Positions 58,565 through 64,000 of a stretch of 64,000 nt of DNA are shown one piece after another. The DNA is from Eledone cirrhosa. Lineage: Eukaryota. A model generated the notes under the pieces. It was given only the letters and a program-made list of their open reading frames with translations. It ran no database searches and was not told the DNA's origin. Location: NCBI GenBank assembly GCA_964016885.1, contig OZ024740.1, positions 229,276,001 through 229,340,000 of the forward strand. The letters run 5' to 3'. The translations under genes and the position numbers were made by a program. Positions within the stretch are counted from its first letter, which is position 1; the number at the start of each line of letters is the position of its first letter.

Positions 58565-58837
58565 AAGAACCGTATATATTATGAGAATACACAGTATCTT
58601 GTATATATATATAAATCATATATTTCAAAGAAACATGTACTATCGATGGAAACAATAACATTCTTTATAGCGCTATTTCATGACTTGTAGTACCAAAACT
58701 TAAAATCAATCTAAGTAATCGAACATCGATCATAAACTATCGATTTTGGTTAATTTATGGGAATCACGAATAAATCATCAGAGGAATCGTTAATTATATA
58801 ATTTGAAATAATATATACAGTTGCGATATACAATATA

Positions 58838-59006
58838 CCGTATTTCCCGGCGCCGCAGAGTCCTCGAGGAGGCACCCTAATTTTGACAACCAAAACTTTG
58901 AAATGAAAAAAAGAATAATAAACAACCTTCGGCCTCCAGGAGGCATGGTAGAATTTTGAGACTTGTTTTAGAAAAAAAGTAGCGTCTTCGACGCCGGAAA
59001 ATACGG
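58838..59006. mobile_element. Tc1/mariner/pogo-type MITE with TA target-site duplication
   Basis: TIRs CCGTATTTCCCGGCG / CGCCGGAAAATACGG flanked by TA. Confidence 0.8.
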
Positions 59007-60031
59007 TAATGCAATATACCTGTCTATACCTGGAGGGAAACTCCACGAACCATCTTCAAGCTGAATTCAGCGTGGTGTAGTCACGTTTAACCTTTCTAGT
59101 GGAATTTATGTCCAGTTTTGTTTGTATCTATTACCTTGGGGTTTTCAGGATATATGGCTCAGTATATTTTTCTAAATTTAGCTTTTTAACGATGGATTGT
59201 CCTTCTACATCAATTTCATTTAAGTTATTGATGGTGGTTTTCCTATAATTCTTATTTGATTCTTTATATATAAATGTAATATATAAATGTCTACTTTGTA
59301 ACTATAACACCGGTCCAACCCATACAATTACCTCCCTCTCACCTCCTGGGAGCAGTAAATATTTATTTATTTTCACATTAATATATTCTTCTTACATATA
59401 GTTAAATATTATTAATTATTTTATAATTAGTATAGTCGTCATAACATCTCTGTAATAACTTAAACATTAATATATTTATATTCACTCCATATAACTTTAT
59501 GGTTCCTGATATAATGTTAGGTCTGCCGTAAATATCTATTAAATTTAACCCTGTTAAACTCGGTGGAATATTCTTTCAAACTATAAATATTGCTTTGATA
59601 AAACTATATAAATTCCAATTCATAATTGGAAAGTTACTAATCTTCCAAACAACTTTTAAGTATTTTAATACAACTGACAACCTGTTATTTGACCAACGAA
59701 TTAATTAGATAATTAATATATGTTATCTGATATACTTGAATCATAAATCGTTTTCGATTTTAATTAAACTCTGATGACACCTATAGTTTATGCTAACTAA
59801 TAGTAAATTGTTAAATAAAATAATTTGCTGTCTGTGGTATATTACTATGGAAAGAAACAATTATCAGTGATTAAATGTCTTGAACTTTTAATTTTAGTTT
59901 ATAGGCACATTGTAACTATATACTGGCTCTGCTTAATACTATCATAGCATTGAGCTAAAATACACCTCGTAAATTAGTAATGTTCCAATTCTTCTTAAGT
60001 CAACTGTTGTTCTCTCTCACCCCCCCCCACA

Positions 60032-60094
<63 letters not shown>

Positions 60095-60095
<1 letters not shown>

Positions 60096-60198
60096 ATTGT
60101 TTCTACTTTTAGGCACAAGGCCAGCAATTACCCAGTGCATTACTGGTACTTTATTTTATCGACCCCGTAAGGATGAAAGGCAAAGTCAACCTCGGCGG
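60095..60198 (-). mobile_element. 5'-truncated MESC/Meta SINE fused to a family A relative (60198-60385)
   Basis: Core and tail motifs in reverse. Confidence 0.8.
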
Positions 60199-60388
60199 AA
60201 AGAGTCGAAGCCCCGACGGCTGAGCTCTTGCAGTTTCAAAAGCTAGTTTGGAACTAACTGTTGAAACGACAAGGGCTCGGCCATCGGGTCGGAGTCCCGA
60301 CTCTTTCATTTTACCACACTCTGCTGCACCAAGTATTGATTACACTGGTGAGTAATGGTCTAACAAGGCTTTACTGTATCTATTCTGA

Positions 60389-60853
<465 letters not shown>

Positions 60854-60895
60854 AAAGAACACAAGAGCGTCTACAACATCAAAAGATTTTTATTG

Positions 60896-61042
<147 letters not shown>

Positions 61043-61281
61043 GGACGTGAGAGAGATATAAGGCTGTGTGAATGTAGTGTGTGTTTATGTGTCCATGTGT
61101 GTGTGTGTGGGTGTGTCCCTCCGTGTATGTGTGTGTATTGTTGTGTTTCATAACCACATGCAGATTTTAACTGGCCATGCTTATGATTAAAGACGTTCCA
61201 GCCATGACCAACCGATATTAGTTTGAGGTATTATATTAAGGACTACATTATTCAGGATACACATGCCTCTTGTTCTGTTAA

Positions 61282-62365
61282 CCCTTTAGCATTTACATTA
61301 TTCTATATATACTATTATGGTGGTGGATTGGCAGTATCGGTAGAGCGTCGGACGCCATGCTTTCCAGCATAGTTACGTCCCTTTACGATCTGAGTTCAAA
61401 TCCCGCCGAGGTTGACTTTGCCTTTCATCCTTACGGGGTCGATAAAATAAAGTACCAGTAATGCACTGGTTAATTGCTGGCCTTGTGCCAATAGTAGAAA
61501 CAATTATTCTATATATACTATTATATATAGAATATTATTCATGATAATTATCCCACTTACCACCATAGGCGCTGAGCTGGCTAGCCGCAGGTTTGAGCCT
61601 CGCGAGGTGGAATGGCTCTTCCAGCGCATCTCTCTTACCATCCTCCGAGGAAACGCCTTCTCCATTCTGTCCGCCGGGGCTGTGGGACGGCCAGCACGTG
61701 GGACTCCATTTGCTCATATTACAAAGAGATGGGGAGGGCGAGATAGATGGAGGCGATGACAGTGGGTATTCGGCTCTTCCGTGTTCGGACACATTGGTAA
61801 GCAGTTGGAATTCGGTATATAGACTCTTGACCTAGCACCGAATAGTTTAACCCATTAGGGAATGGCATTCTCTAAGACGGATATATCTCTGTCACCACTT
61901 TACCACCGCTACCTCCTCCATTATCTCACATAATATTGAATCTATGAGAGTTTGATATTATTTATTTTGAGAACTGATTGACTACACTCTCAACACAGCG
62001 CTCCGGACCTGGCCTACGCGGATGACATCGGTCTGATGGCCGCTAACGGGACATATGTACAAGGTGCTCTCGAAAGGGTGCACACTGCAGCCGCCGCTGT
62101 TGGTCTACGAATCATAGTTACGTCCCTTTACGATCTGAGTCACAAATCCCGCCGAGGTTGACTTTGCCTTTCATCCTTACGGGGTCGATAAAATAAAGTA
62201 CCAGTAATGCACTGGGTAATTGCTGGCCTTGTGCCTAAAGTAGAGACAATTATTTATTTTGAGAACAATATCTCAACATCAGTATAAGTGGCTGGTTACG
62301 GCCGGTTTGAACAGAAAGAGGTGAGAGAACTCTGGTCGGATACGGCCGGTTTAAATGCTAAAGAG
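61282..62365. mobile_element. piggyBac-like non-autonomous element with nested SINEs (61318-61508, 62114-62255) and LINE scraps
   Basis: TTAA|CCCTTTAGCATTTA .. TAAATGCTAAAGAG|TTAA. Confidence 0.6.
61555..61700 (+). pseudogene. CRE-like RLE retrotransposon extreme C-terminus
   Basis: REVEWLFQRISLTILRGNAFSIL (QR.S..I.RGNA motif). Confidence 0.6.
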
Positions 62366-62570
62366 TTAAGGTACCACAGTGTGATATATTTAGTGGATTT
62401 TACTATTTCTTGCAAGTCAGTCGACCACATAGGTTCCTTCTTCGGCTAAACATGTGCATGCGAACTTGTATGTGTGTGTATGATTGCATGTATGTTTGTA
62501 CGTTTAAATGTGTATGTATGTATATGTATTTGTGCTTTTGCGTTTGTGTGTCCATGTGTGTGTTTGAGTG

Positions 62571-62601
<31 letters not shown>

Positions 62602-62814
62602 TTGTGTATGTTTATATTTTTGTGCATGTTTGTGATTGTACATATGTATGCATGTGTGTTTGTGCAGGTACGTTTGTGTGTGTATATGTCTGCCTCTGTG
62701 TGTGTGTGTGTGTGTGCGCGTTTGTGTATGTTACTGCGTGTTTGCGCTTGTGCATGTGTATATATGTCTATGTATTTGTACTTGTACGTTTGTGTGTGTG
62801 TGTGTGTCGAGAAG

Positions 62815-63705
62815 CCCTATGGCGTATAATGCAGGCGGACGGCATCCCAGTGAAGCTGTTTCGTCTCATACAAGGCTACTACCGGTCGACTCGGGCTTGA
62901 GTGAGGGTCTATGGTGGGGAGACGGAGTCGTTCGTTGTTGGGACCGGTGTTCGGCAGGGGTGTGCGCTATCGCCAACTCTCTTTAACTACGCCATTGACT
63001 ACACTCTCAACACAGCGCTCCGGGATTACCCGGGCGTAGAGGTCGGGAGAGGGGTCGTGGTGACGGACCTGGCCTACGCGGATGATATCGTGCTGATGGG
63101 CGCTAACGGGACAGATGTACAGGGAGCTCTCGAAAGGGAGCACACTGCAGCCGCCGCTGTTGGTCTACGAATCGATGCCGCCAAGTCGAAAGTCATGACG
63201 TCACCGGTCTCGCCTGGTGCCTGGCAGCCAATATCTCTCGACGGCGTGGACCTGGAGGATGTGGAGTCCTTCGGGTTACCTGGGCTCAACAGTGGTACCT
63301 CAACAGTGGTACCTACCACCAGTCTACTTCTTCGGCTGAAACTTCGACCCCTTCCTTCAGTTCTTCTGCAGCGGCGCTTGAGATGGTTTGGTCACGCGGC
63401 CCGGTGCCCTGAGGGTGAGCTGATCCGCGATGTTCTCCTCCCACCTCCACTCTCTAACTGGCGCAAGCGCGTTGGCGGGCAGCTGAAGACCTGGGTAACG
63501 ACGATCAAGGAGGACCTCTCCGAACTCTCAGGTCCGCAGGTGGTCGGCCTGCACCGATAGAACCGTGACTGGCTCGCTATCTCCAGTAACCTAGCCCGGG
63601 ACCGTCGTGCGTGGGCTGCCATGGTTCGGGATGCCGTCAGGACAAGGGACGAAGCCGACTCAACCCGTCCAGGGTGAATGTCGACACAAGTACAAGTACA
63701 AGTAA
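62815..63705 (+). mobile_element. RTE-clade LINE RT/3' fragment with internal deletion; partial duplicate at 61975-62113
   Basis: GVRQGCALSPTLFN, DLAYADDI, RLRWFGH; (CAAGTA)n tail. Confidence 0.85.
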
Positions 63706-63715
63706 GTGTGTGTGT

Positions 63716-63750
<35 letters not shown>

Positions 63751-64000
63751 TGTATGTGTCTGTGCTTGTGTGTTTGTGCGTCCTTGTGCATGTACATGTG
63801 GTTGCATGCGTATGAATGTGTGCGTGTACGTTGGTGTATGTATATGTGTGTGTATGTATGTGTTTGTATGTTTGTGTGTGTTATGCGTGTTAGCGCTTGT
63901 ACATGTGCATGTATGTGTATGGGTTTGTACTTGTACGTTTCTGTGTGTATGCGAATGTGTGTGTGTGTGTGTGTCAGTGTGTTTGTCCGTTTGTGTGTGT

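Noticed and set aside
59100-59800. Possible highly decayed Penelope ORF remnants and a CTGATGA near 59770
   Set aside because: Only vague peptide similarity, many stops, no complete ribozyme core

Overview
This window is AT-rich, microsatellite-saturated eukaryotic non-genic DNA. The repeat repertoire (MESC/Meta-core tRNA-derived SINEs, other octopus-type SINEs, RTE, R4/Dong, L1/Tx1, CR1 and CRE LINE relics, Penelope-like elements) points to an Octopus-like cephalopod genome; this is an inference. Almost all ORF-track entries are translations of (TA)n, (CA)n, (TATG)n or (CT)n repeats, and no host gene can be supported with confidence. The real coding remnants are all transposon-derived: a young Penelope-like GIY-YIG ORF (31100-31894), a full-length but broken R4/Dong-like LINE (38940-43516, minus strand), and RTE, L1/Tx1, CR1, CRE and RLE fragments. 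The most striking hidden structure is a set of about ten distinct short Penelope-type families embedded in (TA)n tracts. They share one insertion architecture (a 3' tail plus an inverted arm that starts at a fixed internal AT-rich point), carry minimal type-I hammerhead ribozymes with mostly palindromic stem III, and several share a GAGTGCT tail motif. Also notable are a tandem array of a bipartite RTE-derived non-autonomous element in (TATG)n, and fold-back duplications centred on (TA)n.
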